DNA of 63,702 nt, filler included, from Octopus bimaculoides (GCF_001194135.2; 5 parts of 5 records of this genome joined end to end with filler, not necessarily neighbours in it); one strand, 5' to 3'. Positions 1-11,789 are shown, numbered from the whole stretch's first letter. Made by a program: numbers and translations. Notes: generated by a model from the sequence alone, not told the origin.

Positions 1-116
1 TATATATATATATATGTATATATACATATATATATGCGCATGTTTGTATGTATGTACACAAGCACAAACACACACACAGCAAAGACAGTCGTATGAAATA
101 CCATACAGTATAAATT

Positions 117-1530
117 TGTAACGACCGTGCGACCAGGAGATGGTAACAAAGGAATGGCTCCTTTGTTTGTAACGACCGTGCGACCAGGAGATTGTGACGA
201 AAGAATGGCTCCTTTAGTACATTGTACGGTCGACACAAATATAAAAGCAAAAAATGAAATGCGGTTAAATGAGTATAAGTGGCAACAAGGAAAAGAGAGA
301 GACACAACTGGTAAAAGGTATGAAAGAAAGGTTTTATTGAATGTCAACTTGTATGTCTGTGTATGTGTGTGAGTGCAACATAATAAACACAATAATAGAC
401 AGGCTGTCGTGTAAACAAAGAGTGTGTGTGTATACAAACATGTGTATGTGTGCGAGAGATGTTGTTGTTGTTGGCACTCCGTCGCTTACGACGTCGAGGG
501 TTCCAGTTGATCCGATCAACGGAACAGCCTGCTCGTGAAATTAACGTGCAAGTGGCTGAGCACTCCACAGACAAGTGTACCCTTAACGTAGTTCTCGGGG
601 ATATTCAGTGTGACATAGAGTGTGACGAGGCTGACCCCTTTGAATTACAGGCACAACAGAAACAGGAAGAAAGAGTGAGAGAAAGTTGTGGTGAAAAAGT
701 ACAGCAGGGTTCACCACCATCCCCTGCCGGAGCCTCGTGGAGCTTTTAGGTGTTTTTTGCTCAATAAACACTCACAACGCCCGGTCTGGGAATCGAAACC
801 GCGATCCTATGACCACGAGTCCGCTGCCCTAACCACTGGGCCATTGCGCCTCCACGTGCGGGAGATACAGAGCATAGAAAAGGACGTTAGAAGGAAGTCC
901 AGGCACAAGAATGGGAAATACCAGTTCGTATTCAAGGTACACAGTGGTAGAGGTGCTGTACAAGAAGTTGTGGCCATGTAGCAGAGCCGAAGGAGTGGCA
1001 CATGTCGAGTAAGAAGTCGTGGCTTCTATACTGCTGCCGGTTACTTGGTACAGGAGTTCTCGCAGGTTGTATTCACTGTTAACCTTGGTGAAGCATTTCA
1101 CAAACAGCGTGAAGAAAGCTGTGTTAGCATTGTTGGTATGGTATGTATGCAGAGAAGTCTGGTGTGGACGCTGGCGACGAAGGAGCTTGAGGTAAATAGT
1201 TGAACGAAGTGTTGGATCTCCAACGAAGCTGTGTCGTGTCGTCGCTGGAACTGGCTGGTGCTCTGTGGCCAGCGGCTAGACATCAGAAGGTCTAAAGCCA
1301 ACTGACAAACACGCGCAGAAAAGCTAGCTATTTATAAGAAACTATCGGCTCAAACAGGGGTTCAGAATTGGTGCCACGTGACCTTATCTGAAGGCATTGG
1401 TTGGTTGGGTTGCACCCTGGCACAAGATAGAACAAGAGAGAAAAATACGCCAATACCAACCAATCAGAGTGGTGGACACAACAGGGTCCAAAGATGCAGC
1501 CGAAGGCTAGCTGTTATCTGCTACGTCTGC
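117..1530 (-). mobile_element. Possible solo LTR interrupted by a family A SINE
   Basis: Starts TGTAACGA. The minus strand has a TATA-like TATAAATA near 1330-1338 and AATAAA near 333-338 in the correct order. GC-richer than the flanks. The right terminus and TSD could not be confirmed. Confidence 0.3.
461..853 (-). mobile_element. tRNA-headed SINE, family A (full length)
   Basis: Reverse complement of the copy at 35325: A-box/B-box head GGAGGCGCAATGGCCCAGTGG...GGTTTCGATTCCC and a (CAA)n tail. Flanked by an imperfect 11-bp TSD, gtgcgagagat (450-460) / gtgcgggagat (856-866). Confidence 0.9.
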
Positions 1531-1611
1531 ATTCATGTATATATAATAGAGAGAGAGAGAGAGAAGCTTCGCTACAAATTCTTGACTAATTAAAATTATT
1601 TCTGCCTCTAG

Positions 1612-2325
1612 GTGGCGCTCTGTCAGTTACAACAACAGATGTTCCGATTGATCCAATCAACAGATCAGCCTGCTCATGAAATTAACATGCATGTGGTTGA
1701 GCACTCCACAGACATACTCTCTCTTTACTCTTTTACTTGTTTCAGTCATTTGACTGCGGCCATGCTGGAGCACCGCCTTCAGTCGAGCAAATCAACCCCA
1801 GGACTTATTCTTTGTAAGCCTAGTACTTATTCTATCAGTCTCTTTTGCCGAATCACCAAGTTACGGGGACGTCAACACACCAGCATCGGTTGTCAAGCGA
1901 TGTTGGGGGACAAACAGACACACACACACACACATATATATATATGATGGGCTTCTTTCAGCTTTTGTGTACCAAATCCACTCACAAGGCTTTGGTTGGC
2001 CCGAAGCTATAGTAGAAGACACTTGCCCAAGGTGCCACGCAGTGGGACTGAACCCAGAACCATGTGGTTGGTAAGCAAGCTACGTACCACACAGCCACCC
2101 CTACGCCTATGTGTACCTCTAACATAGTTCTCAGGGGGATTCAGCGTGACACAGAGTGTGACAAGGCCGACCTTTTGAAATACAGGTACAACACATTTTT
2201 GCCAGTTGAATGGACTGGAGAAATGTGAAATAAAGTGTCTTGTTGAAGGACACAATGCACAGCTAGGAATCGAACCCGTGACCTTATGATCATGAGCCAA
2301 ATACCTTAACCATTAAACCAAACGC
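1612..2325 (-). mobile_element. Nested SINEs: family B (about 1718-2107) inside an element with a family E head and family A-type tail
   Basis: The A-type tail is split at cactccacagaca|...|tgtgtacc by a complete family B copy; the head and core at about 2195-2325 match family E. Confidence 0.75.
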
Positions 2326-2749
2326 CTAACTGCCACTTGTTGATATGTCATAAATAGCAACTGACAATTAAGACCAGCTCCATAACGAGGGGAAATAATC
2401 TCTAGATTAAAAAATTCTGCAACACTGACATGTCATTCGGGAAAAGACAAGATTATTTCTGACTCAAAAACTGTCGTCTGCATAACAATTGTCTAACCTT
2501 ATCTCCAGTAGTCATGGGATTTAGACTTACAGAAAAAAAGTAGAACACTTGCTTCCCAACCACATGGTTCCAGGTTCAGTCCCACTGCATGGCACCTTAG
2601 CCAAGTGTCTTCTACATATACACATAAATACAGATATGTGTTTGCATATCCCATCTTCCTAGATGTGTGCACATCCCATCTATTCCTAGAAGGTTCGTGG
2701 GGATAGAATCCTGAGACACCTCCACTATAGGGTCCTGTCAGAATCAACC

Positions 2750-3035
2750 TTCGTTAGATTTTCCACCCACATTCCCAATCAAGACCAAATGAGACTACAG
2801 ATATTATTCCACCATTTCGTTCTTGGTCTACCCTTAGATCTCTTTTGCTGGTTAGTTTGGCTTGAAGAATCTGTCCTGCAATTCTTTCCTGTGACATTCT
2901 AATCTCATGCCTGCAGTGCTGGAGCTGTGACCTCTCAATGCAGAGAGACTCCCTGATCTCCAAGCTATGCACCTTGTCAAGTAACATTACTCCAGAGATC
3001 CTCTGGAGGGACCTCATTTTCGGCACTCATATTTG
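2750..3035 (-). mobile_element. RTE-type LINE C-terminal remnant
   Basis: MRSLQRISGVMLLDKVHSLEIRESL.IERSQLQ...HEIRMSQERIAGQIL, a typical post-RT RTE C-terminus. Homologous copy at 14330-14720. Confidence 0.72.
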
Positions 3036-3504
3036 CAAATGTACTCTTTCAATCACTACCTTTCCTACACACACACACACACATATTTCACTTTATAGCA
3101 CCCATATTATTATTTTTATTATTATTTTATTATTATCATTATTATTATTATGTTGTTTTTTTTTTTCTTCTTTCTTCAAATTTTCTTCCATTTCTCACCG
3201 AGTGTTTTCCGTACACCTAGGGCAGAGAAGCTCATTGTAGGCATTCCCAGTTTACACACGCAAATTCACAGGTAAAATATGTATTAAAAAAAAAATTAAT
3301 AAATAAATAAATTCATGAATGGATGTTGTTTTCACAGCGATAATGCTCTTCTCAGTACATGAATTGTTCCAGTTAACACGATTTTTTGCACTTCCTGTAA
3401 GGATGGTAAGCCTGGTATCATTTTCAAATAGGTTTCAGTACCTTTTTTTATCATTCCTAGAGATCCTACAATCACTGGTACGGTAGTCGCCTTGAGGTGC
3501 CACA

Positions 3505-3557
<53 letters not shown>

Positions 3558-3779
3558 GAGTGAGAGAGCAGTGCATGCCATCAAAGAAGTGAAATTATTG
3601 TTTGTTGCTGTTATGTTTGGTGAGACTACAAACTTTCGAATGAAATCTCAAATGTCACACATTTTGTGATTTGTTAATGAGGAAGAAAGGCTTTGAGGAG
3701 GATTTAGGACATAAGTTGAGATGTCAGTAAATTATTATTATTATTATCATCATCATCATCATCATCATCATTATTATTA

Positions 3780-4085
3780 TTATCATTGTTCAGTAGTTTT
3801 ATTTTTATAACGTGCTTTCACTTCACTACCGAGCGCAGCACTGTGCGCCTTGGGTATGTGCTGTGGTTTGCTGTGATGCTCTTATGGTTGCTGTATTGAA
3901 AGTGTTTTTCATAGGATGTGTGCAGTGCCCAGTAGTGCAATTTTCTGTATGTTATATATATTTGTAAGTCCTGGTGTTTTTGTTATGTATTTGTCTGAAT
4001 ATTTTTTTATTATAAGGAATTGTATCTGTTTTTAGATTCCACATTTGAGTTACCTCTATTTCCAGGTCTTTGTATTTTGAAAGTT
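3780..4085 (-). mobile_element. R4/Dong-like (restriction-like endonuclease) LINE 3' end
   Basis: Minus strand reads EKLSKYKDLEIEVTQMWNLKT...KYITKTPGLTNIYNIQKIALLGTAHIL, followed by a 3' UTR and an (AAT/GAT)n tail. Confidence 0.78.
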
Positions 4086-4776
4086 TCTCCATTTTTATTA
4101 TTATTATTTTTATTATTATTATTATTATTCATTTATTCATCTATTTATCAATAAAGCTTCATCTATTCCATGCTGTATATTATAGTAAAGTTCAGAAATC
4201 CAAATGTTCAGTTCTGTTTACTTTACGGTAGCTCTAACTCTTAAATTCCATCTCTTCATTTGTTCTGGTACTCACTATCTTATCCAAATGTTCTATTGTT
4301 TCTTCAACTGTAGAACCTAATTCTCAAAAGTTTCATCTCTCTCTCTCTCTCTTCATTTTTTTTACCCACTTTATTTTTGCTTGCCCATATTATGTCTGTA
4401 TCCTTGCTTTCCCACGTTGAATGTTAATTAGCAGCTTTGCTTTGTTTGTGGATATTTTGCATTTTGCATTGCTTTTAGCTAGGAAATGGGGCTTCCGTGG
4501 TGTTCCATCATTTGCAGTGCAGCCTACCAACCCACCCCCACCACTTGTACCGGAAGTCTTTCTCCCAACCCACCCCCACTACCTGTACTGGAAGTCTTTC
4601 ACTTCTAACCTCTAGTAGAAGTCTTTCTCCTAGCACCTCTAATGGTTACCTATATGAATTACTCACTCCCACTTCCAGCCCTATCTAGTAACCATCTTCT
4701 GGTAAACGTAGTGAATATGAAGCAAGTGAAATGATGGTGTAGTGTATGCAGGCTGAAACCTACTTGTACCAATACG

Positions 4777-5245
4777 ATGTCTGCCAAACGTACGTGCGAG
4801 CTTTCTTTACAGATGCAAAATGCTGTCCCTCATCCCTGTGTCACCCTGGCCCACATCTTCCACATCCTCAGAGTTGGCACACTTAATGTGGACACATTGA
4901 AAGGTAAGTCTGGTGAGATTATCCAGATGCTTGAATTGAGGTGTGTAGATTTGTGCTGCTTCCAAGAAGTAAGGTGGAGAGGAGGTTCTGCTAGGTTCCT
5001 CACAGGCAAAGAGCATAGGTATAAGATTTTCTGAGTAGGGAACAGTGATGGGGTTGGGGGGTGTGGGTATACTCTTTGCTGAGAAATGGGTTGATAGGGA
5101 CCAGCTATCTGAATCAACAGTACCTTGGTAGATAAAGCAATTAAGGATGTGAAGACAGGGAAAGCCCCTGGGCCATCAGGAACCACTGGTGAGATGCTTA
5201 AAATATATGGCAGTGTAGGTTATGGCCCAGTCACCCATATAGTTA
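4777..5245 (+). mobile_element. RTE-type LINE remnant (AP endonuclease N-terminus joined to the pre-RT region)
   Basis: LRVGTLNVDTLKGKSGEIIQML...DLCCFQEVRWRGGSAR...GVGIL (AP endonuclease motifs), a stop at 5032-5034, then KAIKDVKTGKAPGPSG...EMLK. A large internal deletion lies between the two parts. Confidence 0.82.
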
Positions 5246-5385
5246 ACCAGGTGGGAAGATTCCCCCTGCCCAATAAAAGAAAGAGAACAACTGATGAGTT
5301 TGGAAAAAAACAATGTATTATTATCAGCAGGTTAAAGGGACCTGTCCCTTTTGTCTCTGACATGGTAAGTAACCCCTCAAAATTG

Positions 5386-5462
5386 TTAGTCTTTCTTTTT
5401 TGCTGGTAGCTTCACTATTTTCTCGTTTGTGAGGTAAAGTCTCAATTTTGTGATGTCCTCTT
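5386..5462 (-). CDS. Probable terminal coding exon of the pacifastin/VWC-like gene
   Basis: Strong acceptor ttttttaatttttcttttgcAG, phase 1 (compatible with the upstream exons): (x)EDITKLRLYLTNEKIVKLPAKKKD*, with TAA at 5386-5388. No homology support. Confidence 0.55.
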
Positions 5463-6080
5463 CTGCAAAAGAAAAATTAAAAAATATAGATTTAGACTTT
5501 ATGGGCAAAATATATTATATATATATATGACGTATAAATGTTTATATATATATGTGTGTGTGTGTGTATATATTGTACCATCCATTTATATATTATATAT
5601 TATATATTCCATATTCTATATCCCACATTCATTTTACAAGAATATAAATAAAACATAAAAAACAGACAGAGTTGGTAAGTAGGCATCTTACCACACAGCC
5701 ATGCCTGCACCTATATATNNNNNNNNNNNNNNNNNNNNNNNNNNNNNNNNNNNNNNNNNNNNNNNNNNNNNNNNNNNNNNNNNNNNNNNNNNNNNNNNNN
5801 NNNNNNNNNNNNNNNNNNNNNNNNNNNNNNNNNNNNNNNNNNNNNNNNNNNNNNNNNNNNNNNNNNNNNNNNNNNNNNNNNNNNNNNNNNNNNNNNNNNN
5901 NNNNNNNNNNNNNNNNNNNNNNNNNNNNNNNNNNNNNNNNNNNNNNNNNNNNNNNNNNNNNNNNNNNNNNNNNNNNNNNNNNNNNNNNNNNNNNNNNNNN
6001 NNNNNNNNNNNNNNNNNNNNNNNNNNNNNNNNNNNNNNNNNNNNNNNNNNNNNNNNNNNNNNNNNNNNNNNNNNNNNNNN

Positions 6081-6126
6081 TTGTACACTTGTTTCTTGTA
6101 TATACACACTTCTTTTTTCCCTTTGT
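6081..6126 (-). CDS. Exon C of the pacifastin/VWC-like gene (module 3, truncated by an N gap)
   Basis: Acceptor ttattcttttctgcacAG, phase 1: KGKKEVCIYKKQVYK, paralogous to KKEVCLYNKKEYK of exon B. Runs into the gap at 5719-6080. Confidence 0.8.
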
Positions 6127-6192
6127 CTGTGCAGAAAAGAATAACCAAAACATATAAATAAATTAAGATATCATTACCCTATCATCATCATC

Positions 6193-6224
<32 letters not shown>

Positions 6225-6250
6225 CATCATCATCATTATTATTATTATTA

Positions 6251-6411
6251 CACTCTCGGAGTGGTTGGCATTAGGAAGCGCATCCAGCTGTAGAAACTCT
6301 GCCAAATCAGATTGGAACCTGGTGTAGCCATCTGGTTTCACCAGTCCTCAGTCAAATCGTCCAGCCCATGCTAGCATGGAAAGCGAACGTGAAACGATGA
6401 TGATGATGATG
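6251..6411 (+). mobile_element. Family D retroposon 3' fragment in an intron of the pacifastin-like gene
   Basis: Matches 62500-62650. Confidence 0.8.
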
Positions 6412-6414
6412 TCC

Positions 6415-6750
6415 CTGCGTCAACACCACCACCATCACCACAACTGCCACCACCATCATCAATACCACCTCCTCCAGCGCTACCACCACCAGCAACACCA
6501 CTACTGCCATCACCACCATCACCATCAAAAGTAGCAACACCACTGCCATCGTTGCCGTCCCCACCACTGCCACCACCACCACCGCCACAGCTACTATAAT
6601 CATCACCGCCAACACTAACAACAACACAAACAACATCACCACCATCACCATCACCACCACTGCAAACATCAACACCACTAACAACATCGCCGCCATTGCC
6701 AGCATCACCATCATCACCATCATCAATAATAATAACAACAGCAACAACAA
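6415..6750 (+). repeat. Compound (CAC/CAT/AAC)n array in an intron of the pacifastin-like gene
   Basis: Directly visible. Confidence 0.9.
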
Positions 6751-6785
6751 AACTGCAACAGAAAACTGCATAGGAAAATACCTAC

Positions 6786-6923
6786 TGGTAATAGGACACG
6801 GCATTTTGGTGCATGAAACAACATTGTTGCTGCTGCATTTGCAAGTGCTGCAGTTGTCTTTGAAACTGGCTCCGACTTTGTATTCTTTCTTGTTGTATAA
6901 ACACACTTCTTTTTTGACCATAT
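6786..6923 (-). CDS. Exon B of the pacifastin/VWC-like gene (module 2)
   Basis: Acceptor cctttctatgcAG and donor A|GTAGGT; 138 nt, phase 1-1: (D)MVKKEVCLYNKKEYKVGASFKDNCSTCKCSSNNVVSCTKMPCPIT. Same six-Cys spacing as exon A. Confidence 0.88.
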
Positions 6924-7860
6924 CTGCATAGAAAGGAATAAAACAATTAGCATATGGATATAATTAACATATCATTATCATATCATTATTAACATTAGTC
7001 ACAGGTATGACAACATGGTTTAAGAAGCTTGCATAGTAAGCATGCAGTTTGAGGTTCAATCACTCCCACTGTACCACACCTTGGGCAAATGTTTATCTAT
7101 TATAGTCCTTGGCCAGTCAATACACACACACACACACACACACACACATGCATACATATGTATATATATATATGTGTGTGTATATTGTGTGTGCATACAT
7201 ACATTCAAATCCCCACACCACCACACCACACCACCCCACACCACTCCACACACACTAGCACTGACCACTTCCCAGCATCCACACCACACACCATTGTCCA
7301 CACACACACTTACACATTCTCACATACACACACATATATATATATATATATANNNNNNNNNNNNNNNNNNNNNNNNNNNNNNNNNNNNNNNNNNNNNNNN
7401 NNNNNNNNNNNNNNNNNNNNNNNNNNNNNNNNNNNNNNNNNNNNNNNNNNNNNNNNNNNNNNNNNNNNNNNNNNNNNNNNNNNNNNNNNNNNNNNNNNNN
7501 NNNNNNNNNNNNNNNNNNNNNNNNNNNNNNNNNNNNNNNNNNNNNNNNNNNNNNNNNNNNNNNNNNNNNNNNNNNNNNNNNNNNNNNNNNNNNNNNNNNN
7601 NNNNNNNNNNNNNNNNNNNNNNNNNNNNNNNNNNNNNNNNNNNNNNNNNNNNNNNNNNNNNNNNNNNNNNNNNNNNNNNNNNNNNNNNNNNNNNNNNNNN
7701 NNNNNNNNNNNNNNNNNNNNNNNNNNNNNNNNNNNNNNNNNNNNNNNNNNNNNNNNNNNNNNNNNNATATATTCACATGTGTGTGTATTGTTCTAGTGTC
7801 ACCCATTGCTTAGAACATGTACAAGATGAAAAAAATCCTCATTTTATTGATGTTACTCAC

Positions 7861-7986
7861 CTTTTCCAGAACAGAACATAAATGTGCACTGAACCATATC
7901 ATTATCCCCACAGAAACAAGTGTTACAGTCATCATTGAAGTTCTCACCTATTTCATAATGCTTTCCTTTGTATGTACATGCTTCAA
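7861..7986 (-). CDS. Exon A of a secreted Cys-rich pacifastin/VWC-like inhibitor gene (module 1)
   Basis: Acceptor tcttttgcAG and donor G|GTGAGT; 126 nt, phase 1-1, open frame: (V)EACTYKGKHYEIGENFNDDCNTCFCGDNDMVQCTFMFCSGK. The C-x16-CNxCxC-x7-CT-x3-C pattern matches the pacifastin C-terminal core; the N-terminal C-x-Y-x-G-x-x-Y-x-x-G-x-x-F spacing is VWC-like. Confidence 0.88.
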
Positions 7987-9101
7987 CTGCAAAAGAGACG
8001 TGATTCAATTTATTGGTAATTGTATTCTGTTGATCTTAATTAATATTGATACGCTTCTAAAAATCCACAAAACCGTGATATTTGTCCCAGAAAAGCATCT
8101 CGTGTAGATATATAATGCTAAAAAGCACAGAAGAATATCAGAAGCAGCAATGGAATTGCTAGATCCTGATCTCTGTGTCATTGCATGCCATCAGTAGCAG
8201 GCATCCACTATCAACTGCATGCTTACGTAAACTTAGCCTCCACCAATTTAGAAACAAACAGTGATTAATAAATCATCGACGTTTCAAATAGGTAGCGTAT
8301 TGAGTAAAAATTTGTAATTAGCAACAGAACCAGTATTATTTCAAAATAGCTTTCTTATTTCTTTACTGCCCACAAGGGGCTAAACATAGAGGGGACAAAC
8401 AAGGACAGACAAACGGATTAAGTCGATTATATCGACCCCAGTGTGTAACTGGTACTTAATTTATCGACCCCAAAAGGATGAAAGGCAAATTCAGGCAATG
8501 GGAACTGTGTGGAAACCCATCATGTGTGTGTGTGTGTGTGTGTATACGTTTATATAATTTACATCATAAGAATTTAGAAACTTCAAGAGATGTGAAATAT
8601 GGTTGAACTCAAAGTACTTAAAGCAGTGTGTGTGTGTGTAGCATAGGCCAAAGGTCACACATCAAAACATTTGAGATTTATATTATGTTGTTATTGTTAA
8701 TAATAGCCATTGGCTAGTACTGAATCAGGGCTCTTATTATTTATATTATGTTATTGTTGTTGTTATTTATATTATGTTATTATTATTATCATTCATTTTG
8801 TTCATCATGTATAAGTCCATGTGTATTCATCATTATTCCATTTATTTTATTCAATTTTAGAAAGATTGAAGCAAGTTTTTGACAATTCCAGAGTGTATTG
8901 AACTTATTTTGTTCATGACCTTTGGCCCACCTTATATCATCATCATCATCATCATCGTTTAACGTCCGCTTTCCATGCTAGCATGGGTTGGACAATTTGA
9001 CTGAGGACTGGTGAAACCGGATGGCAACACCAGGCTCCAATCTAATTTGGCAAAGTTTCTACAGCTGGATGCCCTTCCTAACGCCAATATATATATATTT
9101 A

Positions 9102-9136
<35 letters not shown>

Positions 9137-9236
9137 NNNNNNNNNNNNNNNNNNNNNNNNNNNNNNNNNNNNNNNNNNNNTTAATTAATTAANNNNNNNN
9201 NNNNNNNNNNNNNNNNNNNNNNNNNNNNNNNNNNNN
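9137..9236. other. Artificial scaffold-join linker N44-TTAATTAATTAA-N44
   Basis: Identical 100-bp construct four times in the window; the 12-mer gives stops in all six frames. Confidence 0.92.
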
Positions 9237-9479
9237 ATGATATATGAGCATATGTATGTATACATACATACATGTACATACCTACATCTACATGTATATA
9301 TAGATGCATATCCGGGTACAGGACGTCAAAAAAAAAGGAACGGGAACATAAAGCACAAAAATGGACATTGTTTACGGACAACAGAATGAACACATAGGGA
9401 AACAGACGAGCCACTTATGGAACTTTTCCTTCATCAGCTGCCTCTATTCTAAACTAGGCGTTTACGGCTAGTCGCAGAA

Positions 9480-10010
9480 ATTGTCTGACAGCCATGACTG
9501 GGTTCTCCTGCGTGCATGGCATGGTGCAGAGTCCTGTTGCTACACATAGGGTCTTCCAGCAACCACCCTCTTCATCCAGGGCAGCACTACCTCCTCCAGG
9601 CACTTAATGTAGGCCTCTGTGTTGAGTCAGAGGCTGTGTGGGAAGATGAATGGAGGCATAACGACTCCATCACATGTGATCACTCCAAACATCATGATGT
9701 TGACTAACTGTTTGATTTTTATCGCTCTCGGCACATGTTTTGGAGACACGGCAAGCCGACGGTTGATCTGTGTGTTCACAATCTGTTCGTATAGGAGCTT
9801 CCGACGTGAATGCCAAGCAGTACAGCATGTCGTTTCTAAATTTCTGGCACAGTGAATTGCGTCATAGTGCTGCTTTTCTCACAAACAGTGCCCAACTGAC
9901 TCTACTATAGTGTGTAGTCGACAAAATCAAAAGCAGAAATTGCGCATGCGTGAAATTAGAAATATAATTCGAAATTAGAAATATGAAATGGTGACAATTT
10001 GCCCATCGCA
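9480..10010 (-). mobile_element. maT-like element 5' half (same family), cut by a family B SINE
   Basis: Collinear with 47330-47770. The end GACAATTTGCCCATCGCA is an inverted match to the 46950 terminus. Confidence 0.75.
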
Positions 10011-10011
10011 G

Positions 10012-10360
10012 CCTTGGGCAAGTGTCTTCTATAGCCTCGGGCCGACCAAAGCCTTGTGAGTAGAGTTGATAGACGGAAATTGAAACAAGCCCGTCGTATA
10101 TATATGTGCGTTTGTGTGTTTGTGTGTATGTGTTTGTGTGTGTAATTGTATGAGTGTGTGTGTGCCTGTGTTTGTCCCCCACCATCGCTTGACAACCGAT
10201 GTTGGTGTGTTTACGTCCCCGAACCTGAGCAGTTCGGCGAAAGAAACCGATAGAATAAGTACTAGGTTTACAAAGAATAAGTCCTGGGGTCGATTTGTTC
10301 GACTAAATGCGGTGCTCCAGCATGGCCACAGTCAAATGACCGAAACAAATAAAAGAAAGA
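10012..10360 (+). mobile_element. SINE family B (5' truncated)
   Basis: Collinear with 54376-54753 from gccttgggcaagtg onward. Confidence 0.85.
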
Positions 10361-10391
<31 letters not shown>

Positions 10392-11281
10392 CATGTATGT
10401 ATGTATGTATGTATATTCTTTTATTCTTTTATTTTTTATTTCTTCCAGTCATTTGACTGCGGCCATGTAGGACATATATANNNNNNNNNNNNNNNNNNNN
10501 NNNNNNNNNNNNNNNNNNNNNNNNNNNNNNNNNNNNNNNNNNNNNNNNNNNNNNNNNNNNNNNNNNNNNNNNNNNNNNNNNNNNNNNNNNNNNNNNNNNN
10601 NNNNNNNNNNNNNNNNNNNNNNNNNNNNNNNNNNNNNNNNNNNNNNNNNNNNNNNNNNNNNNNNNNNNNNNNNNNNNNNNNNNNNNNNNNNNNNNNNNNN
10701 NNNNNNNNNNNNNNNNNNNNNNNNNNNNNNNNNNNNNNNNNNNNNNNNNNNNNNNNNNNNNNNNNNNNNNNNNNNNNNNNNNNNNNNNNNNNNNNNNNNN
10801 NNNNNNNNNNNNNNNNNNNNNNNNNNNNNNNNNNNNNNNNNNNNNNNNNNNNNNNNNNNNNNNNNNNNNNNNNNNNNNNNNNNNNNNNNNNNNNNNNNNN
10901 NNNNNNNNNNNNNNNNNNNNNNNNNNNNNNNNNNNNNNNNNNNNNNNNNNNNNNNNNNNNNNNNNNNNNNNNNNNNNNNNNNNNNNNNNNNNNNNNNNNN
11001 NNNNNNNNNNNNNNNNNNNNNNNNNNNNNNNNNNNNNNNNNNNNNNNNNNNNNNNNNNNNNNNNNNNNNNNNNNNNNNNNNNNNNNNNNNNNNNNNNNNN
11101 NNNNNNNNNNNNNNNNNNNNNNNNNNNNNNNNNNNNNNNNNNNNNNNNNNNNNNNNNNNNNNNNNNNNNNNNNNNNNNNNNNNNNNNNNNNNNNNNNNNN
11201 NNNNNNNNNNNNNNNNNNNNNNNNNNNNNNNNNNNNNNNNNNNNNNNNNNNNNNNNNNNNNNNNNNNNNNNNNNNNNNNNN

Positions 11282-11771
<490 letters not shown>

Positions 11772-11789
11772 CTGCAGTGAATTACGCAA

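Noticed and set aside
4777-5034. Exonuclease-endonuclease-phosphatase ORF as a host gene
   Set aside because: It has an in-frame stop and is fused to a LINE pre-RT fragment; it is an RTE remnant.
8040-8192. Short minus-strand frame MTQRSGSSNSIAASDILLCFLALYIYTRCFSG as the leader of the inhibitor gene
   Set aside because: No convincing phase-1 donor before the exon A acceptor, and the frame stops before reaching exon A.
9410-9455. Minus-strand CTGATGA-A-GGAA-aag-TTCC hammerhead-like start
   Set aside because: The required GAAA is replaced by ATAA and there is no stem III.
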